Position numbers and translations under genes: made by a program. From an uncultured Clostridia bacterium (lineage in GTDB: Bacteria; Bacillota; Clostridia; TANB77; CAG-508): DNA of 64,000 nt. The notes beneath the pieces were generated by a model. That model was not told the origin of the DNA. It worked only from the letters and a program-made list of their open reading frames with translations, and searched no databases. The stretch spans positions 410,063 through 474,062 of the forward strand of contig CAQUUC010000001.1 in NCBI GenBank assembly GCA_948896235.1, written 5' to 3'. Of the stretch, positions 1 through 9,000 are shown in pieces (position 1 is the stretch's first letter; each line of letters opens with the position of its first letter).

Positions 1-1408
1 ACATTATAATCTTTTTAATTCCAATATCTTTTAAATTTTTTACGATATCAACGCTTTCCTTTCTTATTTCCTCTGTTAATATAACATATCCCGCTATTTC
101 TTTATCTATACTCAAGCAAATTGCATTCCCTGGTATTTCATTATTTATCCCAATTTCATATTGTTCTAATAATTTTCTATTTCCAAATAGTATCTCTCTA
201 CCTTCTATTTTTCCATATAGTCCATATCCCGCAATTTCTTTATAATCTTCTACTATTCTTTGTTCTATTTCTTTACTATAATTTTTTATTGCTGTTCCTA
301 TTGGATGATTTGATAATAATTCTAAACTATACATATATGAAAGTATTGTTTCTTTACTATAAGAATTAAAACTCTCTAATTTACTTATTTTCATATTTCC
401 TGTAGTTAGAGTTCCTGTTTTATCAAACGCAATAACAGTTGCATTTGATAAATTTTCAATATGCTTCGTTCCTTTTATAAGCATTCCTTTTTTAGATATT
501 TTTCCAAGTCCTGTGAAAAATGATAAAGGAACTGATATCACTAAGCTACATGGACACGAAGCAACTAAAAATATAAGAGCTCTCATAATCCAATCTTTTA
601 CATCTAAATTAAATATAAATGGTACAATAGCAATTAAAACTGCTATTACAATAACTATTGGTGTATATATCTTAGAAAATCTTGTTATAAATTTTTCTGT
701 TCTTCCTTTATTATTTTTTGCTTCATATACCAAATCAACAATTTGGGAAGCCGTAGAATTCTCTACATCTCGTAGTACTTCACACGTAATACTTCCTGTT
801 AAATTTACTCCACCTGATAGTATTTCTATTTCTTTCGATACAAAAACAGGTTTACTCTCTCCTGTAAGACTTGATGTGTCTATTTCTGTTTCTCCATAAA
901 TAACTTTACAGTCCACAGGTATTTTTTCTCCAGGTTTTATTAAAATAGTGTCACCTACTTTAATTTCTTTTGCATCTACTGTTTCTATCACATCCTTTAT
1001 AACTCTATTTGCTGTATCTGCTTTAATTTTTACTATTTCTTTAATACTTTCATTAGATTTATCAACCGCTCTTTCTTCTAAAAATTCCCCTAATCTAAAA
1101 AGTATGATTACCAAACAACTTTCCACATATTCTCCTAAACAAAATGCAGCAATTACAGCAATTGTCATTAGTGTATCTTCTTGAAAATCAAGTTTAAATA
1201 TATTTTTTATTCCATTAAATAATAGTTCATATCCTGAAAGTACTATAGATAATAATATAAATATTACTTTTATATTTATAAATGCTGGTATAAATGATAA
1301 CCCTAAAAATACTATTGCTATTATATATAAAATAATATCTAATTTATTTTCCTTTTCCTTATGCTCATGATGTTCAATTTCACAGTGGTCACAATGTTTA
1401 CATGCCAT
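1..1408 (-). CDS. Heavy-metal translocating P-type ATPase (CadA/ZntA-like), partial; the 3' end runs off the window
   Basis: My own translation of the minus strand. It is not in the ORF track because it has no stop inside the window. It reads MACKHCDHCEIEHHEHKE... and contains LTGES, the CPC metal motif (VASCPCSLV) and the DKTGTLT phosphorylation motif. Start ATG 1408..1406 overlaps the upstream regulator stop by 11 nt. Confidence 0.85.
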   Translation of the reverse strand, partial: MACKHCDHCEIEHHEHKEKENKLDIILYIIAIVFLGLSFIPAFINIKVIFILLSIVLSGYELLFNGIKNIFKLDFQEDTLMTIAVIAAFCLGEYVESCLVIILFRLGEFLEERAVDKSNESIKEIVKIKADTANRVIKDVIETVDAKEIKVGDTILIKPGEKIPVDCKVIYGETEIDTSSLTGESKPVFVSKEIEILSGGVNLTGSITCEVLRDVENSTASQIVDLVYEAKNNKGRTEKFITRFSKIYTPIVIVIAVLIAIVPFIFNLDVKDWIMRALIFLVASCPCSLVISVPLSFFTGLGKISKKGMLIKGTKHIENLSNATVIAFDKTGTLTTGNMKISKLESFNSYSKETILSYMYSLELLSNHPIGTAIKNYSKEIEQRIVEDYKEIAGYGLYGKIEGREILFGNRKLLEQYEIGINNEIPGNAICLSIDKEIAGYVILTEEIRKESVDIVKNLKDIGIKKIIM

Positions 1409-1781
1409 AACTATTTCCCTCCTCTAATATGTGTTCTAAACTTAAAGATATAATCTTTTCAATATGCTCATCTTGTAAACTATAATATACTTGTTTTCCT
1501 TCTCTTCTATATTTTACAAGTTTAGCATTTCTAAGTAACCCTAACTGATGTGAAACAGTTGATTGATTTAAGCCTAAAAGCTCGCACAAATCACATACAC
1601 AAAGTTCTGTATTTAAAATGCTACAAATAATTCTAAGTCTTGTGTTATCTGCAAATAGTTTAAACATATCTGCTAAACTTAAAATTTCTTCAGTATTGGG
1701 TTCTACTCTTTTTACTTCATCTATTTTTTTATAGTGTGGACAATTTTCTCCACATACAAATTCTAACTCTTTATCTTCCAT
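1398..1781 (-). CDS. ArsR/SmtB-family metalloregulator (CadC-like)
   Basis: 127 aa with the winged-helix signature LFADNTRLRIICSIL...CVCDLCELLGLNQSTVSHQLGLLRNAKLV. N-terminal Cys residues are present. It is translationally coupled to the P-type ATPase. Confidence 0.85.
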   Translation of the reverse strand: MEDKELEFVCGENCPHYKKIDEVKRVEPNTEEILSLADMFKLFADNTRLRIICSILNTELCVCDLCELLGLNQSTVSHQLGLLRNAKLVKYRREGKQVYYSLQDEHIEKIISLSLEHILEEGNSYGM

Positions 1782-1802
1782 AAATTACCTCCTTAGTATA
1801 TT

Positions 1803-1822
1803 ATATGCACGTATGTTCATAT
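1803..1822 (-). promoter_or_regulatory. Candidate operator: imperfect 8-4-8 inverted repeat upstream of the arsR-like gene
   Basis: atatgcac gtat gttcatat, with one mismatch, about 20 nt upstream of the start codon. The position is typical for autoregulated ArsR-family operators. Confidence 0.3.
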
Positions 1823-1880
1823 GTTAATATATTTTTTTAAAAAAGTCAATAGCTTTTTATTTTTTTATTTCTACAATAAA

Positions 1881-1911
1881 AATAGAACAATTAATAATTA
1901 ACTGTTCTATT
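1881..1911 (-). terminator. Hairpin downstream of the RND pump gene
   Basis: aatagaaca ... tgttctatt, a 9-bp stem in an A/T-rich context just after the stop at 1921. Confidence 0.45.
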
Positions 1912-1920
1912 CTAAATAAA

Positions 1921-4900
1921 TTATTTTTTCTTTTCTTTATTCATCATCATATACAAACAAGGAATTACAAATAATGTTAAAAGTGTTGCATACACAAGTC
2001 CTCCTATTGTTACTATACCTAATGGTTGTATCATTTCTGTACCAGAACCTACCCCTAATGCCATTGTTGATAACCCAAGTATTGTTGTTAGAGCTGTCAT
2101 AAGAATTGGTCTTAGTCTTGTTTTTCCTGTTTCTATTAAAGCATCTTTTATTTTTAATCCTTTTTCTCTTCTTAGATTATTTGCATAATCTATAAATACT
2201 ATTCCATTATTTACAACTATACCTGCAAGCATTAAGAAACCAAGCATTGCAATTAAACTTATCTCGCATCCTGTTATGAATAGTGCAAATAATCCTCCTG
2301 TAAACGCAAGCGGTATTGTAAACATTACTATAAATGGTGATTTTAATGATTGGAACTGTGCCACCATTATTAGATATATAAATACTATTGCAAGCGCAAT
2401 CATTTTTACTAACTCTTGTAGAGACTGATTGATTGTTTCACTTTCCCCTTGTAGTTCCACACTATATCCATCTGGAGCAATATATTGTTTTAGTTTATTT
2501 TCTATTTCTCTTCCTACAATACCAACGTTTGCATCTTGTTTTATTGTTGCAGATACTGTAACATATCTTTCTCCATTATCGTGTGAAATTGAGCTTAGTC
2601 CATCTTTTTCTTCTATACTTGCTATATCTCCAAGCTTAACCTCTACAGTTTCGTTATTCTTCTTTCCTTCTAATATAATAGAATTTACGTTCTCACTTGT
2701 AACCCTTTTTTCTTCTGGTTTTACTACAATAATAGGATAATCTTTATTATCTACCGTAATAGTTGTTGCTTCATTTTCATTTGAAATATCACTAGATACC
2801 TTAGAATAAACTTGTGCAACAGTTAAACCATATTCCATTGCTTTATTCTTATCTACTGTAACTCTTGTTTCTTTTGAAGTTTCACTTACCCCAGAATCTA
2901 TTTTATCTATTCCTTCTATCCCCTCTAGTAATGAAGATACTTCTTTTGCAACTTCTTGTAATTTATCTATATCAGTTCCTTTTACTACAATTTGTACTCC
3001 AGATGTCATCATAGAAGACATATCCATTTCAGAAGTACTAACAGAAATTTCGCAGTTCATACCATTGGTTAGTTCGTAAATTTTATTTGCAATTTCGGCA
3101 TTAGTTCCCTTTCTATCTTCTTTTAAAATTGCATACATACTAATAGAATTACTGTTTCCTCCTGAAAGACTTGATATAGAACTCATTGTTCCAGAATCAA
3201 GTGCACCTATTTCCTCTATTTCTTCAATTGTTAATAATTTTTCTATTATCTCATCTGCCATTTTCTTTGTTTCTTCACTTGTAACTTCTTTTGGTGTCTC
3301 CATACTTATAGATATTTGTTCTCCATCAACACTTGGTATAAATGCTGTTCCCATTATTCCTGTAAGCATAAAACTTCCTATAAGTAATACAAGTGCTGTT
3401 AGGACTACTATTATTTTATGGTTTAATGCAACTCCTAGTAATTTTTCATATATGGAAATTATTTTATCAAAGAAAATATCTTTCTTTATTTTTGTTTCTT
3501 TAAACATTTTTGAAGCCATTGCTGGTACTAATGTTATTGCTACAATTAAACTTGCAAGCAATGAATAAGCAATAGTTAATCCCATATCTGTAAATAATTG
3601 TCTTGATATTCCTTGTATAAATATAATTGGCAAAAATACACATACGGTGGTTAATGTTGATGATGTGATAGCACCAGCAACGCTTGATGCTCCCCTAATA
3701 GCAGCTGTTTTAACACTTTCACCATCTTTACGTAATCTATATATATTTTCAATAACAACAATAGAGTTATCTACAAGCATACCCACACCTAATGCAAGAC
3801 CTGATAGAGATATAATATTTACTGTTACTCCTGTAAAATACATAAGTGCTATTGCAAATGTTAAACTTATTGGTATAGATAGCGCTATTATAAGTGTTGG
3901 TTTGTAATCTTTTAAGAATACAAATAAAATTATAACTGCAAGTATTCCTCCATAAACTAAGTTATCTAATACTGAGTTTATAATAATGTCTATGTAAACC
4001 CCTTGGTTCATAAGAGTTGTAAATCTTAAGTTTTCATTTTGTGTTTCTAACTTATTCATTTTGTTTTCTATATCTTTACAAACCTCAGCTGTTGATGTTG
4101 TACTTTGCTTTTGGAATGTTAAAACAACTCCATTATTTCCATTTACTTTTGCATAAATTTCACTTGAATTATCTGTAAATTCTATATCTGCTAAATCATT
4201 TAAAGTAATATTTTCAAGCCCTTCTATATCAAAAGATAATATTTTTAAATTTTTAACTTCATCTACATTATTAAACTTTTCTCCAACTTTGATAATCATT
4301 TTGTCGTTTGAAGTTTCAATATATCCTGCTGGCATAGAAAAATTCTCAGCTTTTAATATGTTAGAAATCATATCAATAGTTATAATTCCGTCTATTGATG
4401 CACTTTTTAATGCTTGGTCTCTTGCTTCTTCAAATTGCTTAATTCCATTATTTAATTCTGTTTCGCTTGTAGATAAAGCCTGCTCTGCTTTACTAAGTTC
4501 TTTAGTTAAAGTTACTTTTGCCATTTCTAAATCTTTTTCTTGTTTTGCAAGATTTTCTTTTTGTTTATTTAATTCTATTTTAGCAATAGATATTTGGTTT
4601 AATCCAGAATTTACTTCTTCAAGTTTTGAATTTGTTTCTTTTTTTAATTCTTCTGTTTTTGATATACTGCTATTTAATGCTTCTAATTTTATTTTTTGTT
4701 CATCTGTTAAATTATTTCCTAATTTAACAAGTTCAGCTTTTTCACTATTTAGTTTATTAAGTAAGGTATCCATTCCTTGTATTGTTGTAGTTAAGGTATT
4801 TTTAGTAATATTTAATCCTTGTTCTTTTGTTTCTATTTCATTTTTTGCTGAATCTATTTTAGCACTTCCTGCTTTTATAGCACTTAATCCATCTATTAAT

Positions 4901-5616
4901 TTTGCTGTTTGTTCATTAGATTGTTTTTTTAATGTTTCTTTTCCTTCATTTAATTTACTTTTAGCATTATTAAGCTCAGCTTGTGTTTTAGATAATTTAC
5001 TATTTACACTACCTAATATTTTTTTATTTACATCATCAATTTTATTTTGACTTAATTTAATTTTTATTTGTTCTTCTAATAATCCAGTAGCACTTACACT
5101 TGCTACTCCATCTATCCTTTCAAGTTCTGGTATTATTTTGTTATTTACAAATGCTGTTACCTCTGCATTATCCATATTTTGAACATCAACTGCTGTAAGC
5201 ATAATAGGCATCATATTTGGATTTATTTTAGACACCATTGGTGATCCTATCATATCATCATTCCATGCAGCCTTTATTAAATCTAATTTAGAGTTTATTT
5301 CAATTAGTGCAGAATCCATATTTACATCATTTGAAAACTCTAATATAACTACTGAAGAGTTTTCACTTGATATAGAAGATACATTTTTAATATTACTTAT
5401 TGTAGACATAGATTGTTCTAATGGTTTTGTAACAACATTTTCTACTTTTTCAGGACTTGCTCCTACATATGTAGTCATAATAATTGCATATGGCAAATCC
5501 ATTTTAGGTAAAAGATCAGTTGTCATACTTGTAAATGAAATTACTCCTAAAATAATAATTAGTATTACTGCAACAAACACAGTAAAAGGTTTTTTTACAC
5601 TATAATTTGAAATCAT
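1921..5616 (-). CDS. RND (HAE1/AcrB/SwrC-type) efflux transporter permease with a long coiled-coil insertion
   Basis: 1231 aa. The N-terminus (SVKKPFTVFVAVILIIILGVISF...LPKMDLPYAIIMTTYVGASPEKVENVVTKPLE) and the two 6-TM bundles are typical of AcrB-family pumps. Residues about 185-410 are heptad-rich and low in complexity. Confidence 0.85.
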   Translation of the reverse strand: MISNYSVKKPFTVFVAVILIIILGVISFTSMTTDLLPKMDLPYAIIMTTYVGASPEKVENVVTKPLEQSMSTISNIKNVSSISSENSSVVILEFSNDVNMDSALIEINSKLDLIKAAWNDDMIGSPMVSKINPNMMPIMLTAVDVQNMDNAEVTAFVNNKIIPELERIDGVASVSATGLLEEQIKIKLSQNKIDDVNKKILGSVNSKLSKTQAELNNAKSKLNEGKETLKKQSNEQTAKLIDGLSAIKAGSAKIDSAKNEIETKEQGLNITKNTLTTTIQGMDTLLNKLNSEKAELVKLGNNLTDEQKIKLEALNSSISKTEELKKETNSKLEEVNSGLNQISIAKIELNKQKENLAKQEKDLEMAKVTLTKELSKAEQALSTSETELNNGIKQFEEARDQALKSASIDGIITIDMISNILKAENFSMPAGYIETSNDKMIIKVGEKFNNVDEVKNLKILSFDIEGLENITLNDLADIEFTDNSSEIYAKVNGNNGVVLTFQKQSTTSTAEVCKDIENKMNKLETQNENLRFTTLMNQGVYIDIIINSVLDNLVYGGILAVIILFVFLKDYKPTLIIALSIPISLTFAIALMYFTGVTVNIISLSGLALGVGMLVDNSIVVIENIYRLRKDGESVKTAAIRGASSVAGAITSSTLTTVCVFLPIIFIQGISRQLFTDMGLTIAYSLLASLIVAITLVPAMASKMFKETKIKKDIFFDKIISIYEKLLGVALNHKIIVVLTALVLLIGSFMLTGIMGTAFIPSVDGEQISISMETPKEVTSEETKKMADEIIEKLLTIEEIEEIGALDSGTMSSISSLSGGNSNSISMYAILKEDRKGTNAEIANKIYELTNGMNCEISVSTSEMDMSSMMTSGVQIVVKGTDIDKLQEVAKEVSSLLEGIEGIDKIDSGVSETSKETRVTVDKNKAMEYGLTVAQVYSKVSSDISNENEATTITVDNKDYPIIVVKPEEKRVTSENVNSIILEGKKNNETVEVKLGDIASIEEKDGLSSISHDNGERYVTVSATIKQDANVGIVGREIENKLKQYIAPDGYSVELQGESETINQSLQELVKMIALAIVFIYLIMVAQFQSLKSPFIVMFTIPLAFTGGLFALFITGCEISLIAMLGFLMLAGIVVNNGIVFIDYANNLRREKGLKIKDALIETGKTRLRPILMTALTTILGLSTMALGVGSGTEMIQPLGIVTIGGLVYATLLTLFVIPCLYMMMNKEKKK

Positions 5617-5639
5617 TTTAATTCAACATCCTTTTTAAT

Positions 5640-6509
5640 TTACTTTTTTCGTATTGGTGTAAATACTTTTATATAGTATGGTTGTATATCACTCAATATG
5701 TCTTTAACAAATATTATATTTCCATCTTTTCCTGTTAATTTAATATTGGGAAAAGTTTTTAGCATTTTTTCATCCGAAAAATGTTTTAATGTAAAATTCT
5801 TAATATCTTCATTTTTATAAATTTGGGCGCACTCAAATATATATTCATCATAATCTTGTAATTCTAAATTATGTTGTATTACTAATCTAGTAAAGAACAT
5901 TTTTAAAGCAAAACTTGAAATTATAGAACTTACGAAGATTGTTAATATTAGTATAACAACAATACTTTTCAACAGTTTTATTGAAATTTTATTTTTTAAT
6001 TTTTCTATTATTCTGTCTACTATAGGATTAAAGTGTGACATTAGATATATAGCAAGAATTCCCCAAAAGAATGAAAATGCCATACATATTCTTCCATTTA
6101 TATTAAATGCCATGTCTGAATAATCCCACCATTTTATATGGAATATAAATTCCCCAACAAGACTAACAATATATTCTACTATTGATCCAATTATGAAGCC
6201 TCCCAAAAATAAGGTGTAATTATTCTTTTTAAAGTGTTGTAAACCTACAACCATAACTACTGCTCCAACACCATATATACAGCATACTGGCAAAAATAAT
6301 GAACTTTGTCTACTTTCTATTACTCCTTTAGTAATAAGCCCAAATAAAGTTTCTATAATAAATCCAACCACACTATAAATAATAAAATAAGCAAACATTC
6401 TCCATATACTTATTCCCATAATAGTAAATTTCTTCTTTTCTTTATGTATTTCTTCTTTTTGTTTTACTATGTTTTCTACTTCATCTACTTTTTCCATTAT
6501 TTCTTCCAT
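5640..6509 (-). CDS. Polytopic membrane protein (putative ABC-transporter type IV / CmpB-like family)
   Basis: 289 aa with multiple TM helices. The motif FIIYSVVGFIIETLFG...LPVCCIYGVGAVV resembles the PF06541 family. This assignment is from memory. Confidence 0.45.
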   Translation of the reverse strand: MEEIMEKVDEVENIVKQKEEIHKEKKKFTIMGISIWRMFAYFIIYSVVGFIIETLFGLITKGVIESRQSSLFLPVCCIYGVGAVVMVVGLQHFKKNNYTLFLGGFIIGSIVEYIVSLVGEFIFHIKWWDYSDMAFNINGRICMAFSFFWGILAIYLMSHFNPIVDRIIEKLKNKISIKLLKSIVVILILTIFVSSIISSFALKMFFTRLVIQHNLELQDYDEYIFECAQIYKNEDIKNFTLKHFSDEKMLKTFPNIKLTGKDGNIIFVKDILSDIQPYYIKVFTPIRKK

Positions 6510-6619
6510 TTATTTTCCCCTTTTTACATATTTTCTATTATAGCAACTTTTTTACAATATGTAAACCAATTAAAATCAGATTTTTGTGAAATTTTGGTGA
6601 ATTTTGCATATTAGTAAAT

Positions 6620-6659
6620 AAAAGTTTGATAGTTGCATCTTAGCAACTATCAAACTTTT
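6620..6659 (-). terminator. Rho-independent terminator after galE
   Basis: Perfect 15-bp stem aagtttgatagttgc / gcaactatcaaactt with a 6-nt loop, followed by a T-rich tract on the minus strand. Confidence 0.7.
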
Positions 6660-7659
6660 ATTTATCTTTTATATAATTCCAAGAATCTCTACACATTTCA
6701 TCTATACCAAGATTTGCTTCCCATCCTAATTCTTCTCTTGCTTTTTTAGGGTCTGCATAACAACTAGCAATATCTCCTGGACGTCTTGGTGCAATCTTAT
6801 ATTCTACTTTCTTTCCTGTAGCTTTTTCAAAGGATTTTACCATATCTAGTACACTATATCCATTTCCTGTACCTAAATTATAAATAAATAAACCTTTTTT
6901 CTCTTTTTCTAATTTTTCTAATGCTTTTATATGTCCAATCGCTAAATCTACTACATGAATATAGTCTCTTACTCCTGTTCCATCAGGTGTATTATAATCA
7001 TTTCCAAACACTGATAATTCTTTTAATGTACCTTTTGCAACTCTTACTATATATGGCATTAAGTTGTTTGGTATTCCTTGTGGTTCTTCTCCTATTAATC
7101 CACTTTGATGTGCTCCTACTGGATTAAAGTATCTTAAAATACATATGTTCCAAGTTGGATCTGATGTATAAATATCCTTTAATATTTGTTCAATAAATAA
7201 TTTTGATGTTCCATATGGATTTGTTGTTCCTCCAGTTTTACATTCTTCCGTAATTGGTATTGTTTCTGGATCTCCATATACTGTGGCAGAGGAACTAAAT
7301 ACAAAAGTTTTTACAGCATATTTTTTCATAGTATCTAATAACACTAATGCTCCTGAAACATTGTTTACATAATATTCGATTGGTTTTGCAACAGATTCTC
7401 CAACAGCTTTAAATCCTGCAAAATTTAAAACTGCTTCTATTTCATTTTCTTCAAATACTTTCTCTAAGGCTTCTCTATCTAAATAATCTATTTCATAAAA
7501 CTTAAAATCTTTTCCTGTAATCTCTTTAATTTTATCTAATACTTCTGGCTTACTATTTGAAAAATTATCTATTATAACAACATCTTTCCCACTATTTAAT
7601 AATTCTACTACTGTATGGCTTCCAATATAACCTGCTCCACCTGTAACTAAAACTGACAT
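6658..7659 (-). CDS. galE: UDP-glucose 4-epimerase
   Basis: 333 aa. [17 protein letters not shown] Rossmann motif and YGTSK catalytic motif, with full-length similarity to GalE. Confidence 0.9.
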   Translation of the reverse strand: MSVLVTGGAGYIGSHTVVELLNSGKDVVIIDNFSNSKPEVLDKIKEITGKDFKFYEIDYLDREALEKVFEENEIEAVLNFAGFKAVGESVAKPIEYYVNNVSGALVLLDTMKKYAVKTFVFSSSATVYGDPETIPITEECKTGGTTNPYGTSKLFIEQILKDIYTSDPTWNICILRYFNPVGAHQSGLIGEEPQGIPNNLMPYIVRVAKGTLKELSVFGNDYNTPDGTGVRDYIHVVDLAIGHIKALEKLEKEKKGLFIYNLGTGNGYSVLDMVKSFEKATGKKVEYKIAPRRPGDIASCYADPKKAREELGWEANLGIDEMCRDSWNYIKDK

Positions 7660-7692
7660 TTTTGTACCTCCTTTATTTTGTGTTATTATATA

Positions 7693-8196
7693 TCAAGTAA
7701 TATTATTTGTAAATGATTTTATTTCTATTTCCTCTAGTAATATTTCGCTCATCTTTATTATGTCTGGAAAAACTACTTTTTTCCCTTTCTTAGCAATTTC
7801 TAATACAAGATTTGCTTTTTCTTTTATTTCTCTTTCCAATTTATTTGTTACTGTTACTTTATCACTTTTTCTTACATATACTTCTTCAATATATTTTTCT
7901 ATTGTAGGAAACATATTTTGTATTAGAAAAACCCTTTCCTCTCCACCAACCTTGCCAAACACTAAAGTATCAACTTGCTTATATTTTTTTAATTTTTCTT
8001 TATAAATTTTTTGATACTTGTCAACTTTAGAACTTATTGGTATAAACCAAAGTAATCCTTCTTTTTTCTTATCTCTAAAACAATAATAACATGGTCTTTT
8101 ATTCCCGTTATCTTTATTCTTTGATAAATTGCTGTCTTTCATCTTTTCGAAAAAATAATCTTTTAAAAAATAGAATTTTCCCTCTTCAACTTTCAT
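7693..8196 (-). CDS. Small basic protein resembling type III toxin-antitoxin / abortive-infection endoribonucleases (ToxN/AbiQ/CptN-like)
   Basis: 167 aa. The N-terminal pattern is KFYFLKDYFFEKM..NLSKNK....KRPCYYCF......LLWFIPISSKVDKY. This resembles my recalled ToxN/AbiQ consensus (FY.v...Y...l...d..v..Nk....RPy.gv.......yyaPLtSpK.Kh). I could not run a search. Confidence 0.4.
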   Translation of the reverse strand: MKVEEGKFYFLKDYFFEKMKDSNLSKNKDNGNKRPCYYCFRDKKKEGLLWFIPISSKVDKYQKIYKEKLKKYKQVDTLVFGKVGGEERVFLIQNMFPTIEKYIEEVYVRKSDKVTVTNKLEREIKEKANLVLEIAKKGKKVVFPDIIKMSEILLEEIEIKSFTNNIT

Positions 8197-8326
8197 ATTT
8201 CTTTTCCTCCTACTTGCTTATAAAACAAAAATAAGGAGCTTACTATTAAAATCTTAGTAAACCCCCTATTCAATTTGTTCACCTACGCATTTGTTCTTCG
8301 CAAGTAGGGTTGCGAAACCTATTTGT
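8197..8326 (-). ncRNA. Structured 5' leader RNA of about 130 nt, upstream of the ToxN-like gene
   Basis: Contains a 7-bp hairpin TTCGCAA-CCCTAC-TTGCGAA (8297..8316). The loop and 3' arm CCTACTTGC is perfectly complementary to GCAAGTAGG (8209..8217), which abuts and overlaps the AGGAGG RBS. The motif AACAAAU occurs three times. A weak hairpin plus T-tract lies before the RBS. Confidence 0.35.
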
Positions 8327-8333
8327 TAATAGT

Positions 8334-8362
8334 ATGATAACATATGTCTTTACATATGTCAA
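8334..8362 (-). promoter_or_regulatory. Sigma-A type promoter of the ToxN-like gene
   Basis: On the minus strand: TTGACA, a 17-nt spacer, then TG-n-TATCAT (extended -10). The spacer contains two direct copies of GACATATGT, each a palindrome core ACATATGT. Confidence 0.55.
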
Positions 8363-8397
8363 TTATATTTTATGCATTCTTTTGAATTTTATGTTAA

Positions 8398-9000
8398 TTA
8401 TTTATAAAGTTCTTTATATATCTTATAATCTCTCAAAATCTTTCTTACATAATTATTAGTTTCTTTAAATGGTATGTTTTCTATATCGCTACCATCTTCT
8501 TTTATAATTCCTTGTTCTATCCACCTTTTCACATTACCAATTCCAGCATTGTATGCTGTTAATGCTAGCAAATAATTATTGTTGTATTCTTTCATTAGAT
8601 TTGAGAAATATTTAGTTCCAAGTTGTATATTTAATTCTGGATCATATAGCGATTTTCCTTCTACAAAATTAATTTCTAACTTTCTTGCTATTTCCTCTGC
8701 TGTTCGATCCATTAACTGCATAAGTCCTATAGCATTACTTGAAGATACTACATTTGGATTAAAATTACTTTCTGCCTTTATTATTGCAAATACAAGAGTT
8801 GGATCTACATTATATTCTTTTGAGTATCTATATACATACTCAGAATATTTAGTTGGATATATTTTCTTTAATACTATGTTTTGAATTTTAAATACACCAA
8901 ATAATAATATTGATACCAACATTATTATTGATAGTATAATTGTTATCTTCATAATTTTCTTTTGCAAACTTTTCTCTCCTATCTTTTTACTTTGCCTCAT
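8398..9000 (-). CDS. Membrane-anchored lytic transglycosylase (SLT domain)
   Basis: 200 aa with an N-terminal TM helix. SLT catalytic motif AIIKAESNFNPNVVSSSNAIGLMQLM and AYNAG. Confidence 0.8.
   Translation of the reverse strand: MRQSKKIGEKSLQKKIMKITIILSIIMLVSILLFGVFKIQNIVLKKIYPTKYSEYVYRYSKEYNVDPTLVFAIIKAESNFNPNVVSSSNAIGLMQLMDRTAEEIARKLEINFVEGKSLYDPELNIQLGTKYFSNLMKEYNNNYLLALTAYNAGIGNVKRWIEQGIIKEDGSDIENIPFKETNNYVRKILRDYKIYKELYK

Noticed and set aside
121-1184. Plus-strand track ORFs 121..369, 513..899 and 948..1184. Also many similar F/L/I/S-rich plus-strand ORFs across the window, for example 2429..2740, 4289..5050, 10764..11174, 27267..27665, 38609..38977 and 58441..58791.
   Set aside because: They lie antisense to long minus-strand genes with clear homology (here the P-type ATPase). 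Their low-complexity composition is what an AT-rich antisense frame produces. None has a convincing RBS.
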